Below are positions 61,780 through 64,000 of a stretch of DNA of 64,000 nucleotides, piece by piece (positions within the stretch are counted from its first letter, which is position 1; every line of letters starts with the position of its first letter). The notes beneath the pieces are model-generated. The model worked only from the letters and a program-made list of their open reading frames with translations. It was not told the origin of the DNA and ran no database searches. A program made the position numbers and the translations under genes. Source of the DNA: Neoechinorhynchus agilis. Taxonomy: Eukaryota; Animalia; Acanthocephala. Location: assembly GCA_051530055.1 (NCBI GenBank), contig CM121341.1, forward strand, positions 19,260,784 to 19,324,783, in the 5' to 3' direction.

Positions 61780-62825
61780 CGGTGGAACTCTCATCCTCAC
61801 TCTGAAGTCTGGCTTATTGTCTTCAAAAGTATTGTACCTGCTGATGTAAAGCGTCTCTACAACAATTCGTTCAAATCGTTTATCGTTACGTACGGGTGTG
61901 GCAGCACCATTAAAATCAATTGTGGCCGATGTTTTTTGTGTGAGCCACCACTGCTGAACTCATATCCGTATTACGAGCAATTAAAGATTTGTGTTCATTC
62001 ATCCGCCTTTTAAAATTGTTGGTTTGTCCCACGTAAACCTGTTCGCACCAAGAACACTGGATTTTGTAAACCGAGGCGGATGTCTGCTGATCTTTCTTGG
62101 GGCAAATCAGCCCATGTAGATTACGCCTCCTCTTGGTGTAAACGTCAACTCGTTTTGAATCGCATCCAGATTTCATCATACGCTCCATCGCGTGATACGA
62201 GCGATCGTCAGGAAATGGTAGCTTAATAAACACACTTTCCTTTATCGACTTCGACTCACTTTGGGATGCATACCACACATTCCGAACACACTCTTCAAGA
62301 ACCTGGAGCGGATAGCCATATCGACCTGACAGATATTTTAGGAAATCAATCTCCTCGTTGACCAACTTGTCATTGCTGCAGTGTGTGAGAGCGCAGAGGA
62401 TGAGCGATATGATCCTGGTCTGATGTCCATTGCACAAGGCCCACTGTTATACCTCTCTTTCGATATACGCTGGTCATGTAGTGACAATTGTATGATCGAT
62501 CAATTTTTACATTGAGAAAAGGAAATATTCCTTGATTTTCGTCCTCAATCGTCCACTGAATATTCCTGTCTTTTCCGTTTAACTCGAACTTAAGACGATC
62601 TATATTAGTCTTCGAAGGGTCAATTAACAGGGCAAGTACAGGCGCTAACGGGCTACCCATCGCCACTCCGTCTATCTGGTCGTAGTCGATGCCATTAAAT
62701 TGGAAGTTGCAGAATCTGGTACAAAAATGCAATGATTTTCGCCAGTCGCTTATGGTTAACGAAGTAGTTTTTTTAGCATCCTTGTATTTGTGAATGTTGG
62801 TAAAGATTTTATCGAGATGTGAGCT
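61780..62825 (-). mobile_element. Decayed Penelope-like element (RT plus GIY-YIG endonuclease)
   Basis: FTNI, FQFNGIDYDQIDGVAMGSPLAP, FPFLNVKI, VYRK, FIKLPF, VYKIQCSWCEQVYVGQT...RRMNEH. The YVDD segment is deleted and there are frameshifts. Confidence 0.88.
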
Positions 62826-63200
62826 AGTGATATAGGAAGATCATTGAAATTACCAAAAATGATTAGATGTTCCAGACCAAGGGAGTGAAGATTTGCTATC
62901 ATTGCATCAATCTCTTGTGATGGCATTTGTAGATTGGCTGAGGGAGGACGATAGATACCGATAATGGTTAAATTTCGGCTGCCTGAGCGAAGTTTGAGAG
63001 GAAGCGTTATGTATATGTACTCTAAGTATTATGATTGGTAATTAGTTGAAGGGGAGCGGAAGTAATGAAGGTCGGACCGAATGAAAACGGAGACCACCTC
63101 CTGCTCGTTCCTCTCTGTAAGAGTGGAAGACGTGTAGCCAGGGATTAAGGCGATGTCGGAATTAGAGCAGTGCAGCCATGTTTCCACAATGACCAGAATG
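62826..63200 (-). mobile_element. Fragment of an APE-type LINE endonuclease (CR1/L2/Jockey-like)
   Basis: RAGGG..., IIGIYRPPS, LIIFGNFND motifs with stops and frameshifts. Confidence 0.65.
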
Positions 63201-64000
63201 TCTGCGTTGGTGGTAGGAGTATCTTCACCACAATTCTAACTTTATCATCCCGAAGGATGTTTTCTATCATTAAATCAGTAATGCCTAAAATGCAGAAATC
63301 TCTCCTCTCTATATATCGAATACTTTGCGTTTCTAAAAATCAGGTGAGCGTCGACTGACTTTAATGTTATTCAGCACTTTAAAATGATTACCGATCTTTT
63401 CAAATTTTTTGATATGTTTCTCCACTCAAATGAACTTATTTTTACGTGGTGCATAAGTTCCATTCGCAAAGCACTGATAACGATGGTATCGTGTGCACTT
63501 ATCCCCTTAAGACGCTATTTGCTTACATTTTCATTAGACATTGGGGTACATTAGAGATGTCGCGCATCAAGGAATTATCAGTTTAAAAATTTAAGCGTGA
63601 ATTAATCTTGACGCGGCAATTCGCTCCTAGCATCCATATCGTTGTTTTGCGTCGATTAATAAGATATGCGAATTGCTGTAAGGTAGACGCCTAGCTGAAG
63701 AGCTTTTCTGCATATGCAGTCGCTAACTACCAAAAAGGCGTATCTCAGACGTAATTTCGTACTACAAAGAGATTGCAAGTTCCAAGTTCAGTTTCCTTTT
63801 TGAACTCAACGGTAGTATATTTAGAGCCACATCGTAGTTCCGTCTTCATTTTTAGTGTTTCAAAAGAGACAACACTTTATTTTTTTTAGACGATGATCAG
63901 CAACATCGAACTAAAGTGTGTCGCATCCTTATTAGGACTTCTTCTGTCCGTATATGCTTATTATTTAAAATTAAAGTTGAAAAAACAACCGGATTATGTT

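Noticed and set aside
61740-61830. Possible hammerhead after the Penelope GIY-YIG domain (GTGAGGATGA on the minus strand)
   Set aside because: C3 is missing and there is no downstream GAAA.

Overview
This is a compact, gene-dense eukaryotic region, metazoan-like by its 18S signature (GTGACGAAAAATAAC), with mostly 40-60 nt GT-AG introns. In order it contains: the last exon of SCOC; a perfect 95-bp foldback; a ~15-kb nested satellite block (~200-bp satellite enclosing ~12.8 kb of 92-bp satellite with higher-order repeats); REEP; DDOST/OST48; a decayed CRE-like retrotransposon; DEGS1; HSD17B10-like; PIGV; a 70-bp satellite; one circularly permuted rDNA unit (28S 3' part, IGS, 18S, 5.8S, 28S 5' part) ending in an R2-superfamily RT/RLE retrotransposon; UTP20; ATRIP-like; SDS22; GCLC; Penelope-like and APE-LINE remnants. 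Three observations stand out. (1) REEP, DEGS1 and UTP20 are each interrupted by an unrelated segment closed by a 12-bp terminal stem, with no GT-AG solution that keeps conserved protein spacing. These may be non-canonical stem-defined introns. (2) The retrotransposon is joined to 28S about 120 nt upstream of the R2 site and has paired zinc fingers and an OTU-like region. (3) A dispersed palindromic repeat carries a hammerhead-ribozyme-like core with a covarying stem II. All calls come from manual reading and recalled protein motifs; no searches were run.
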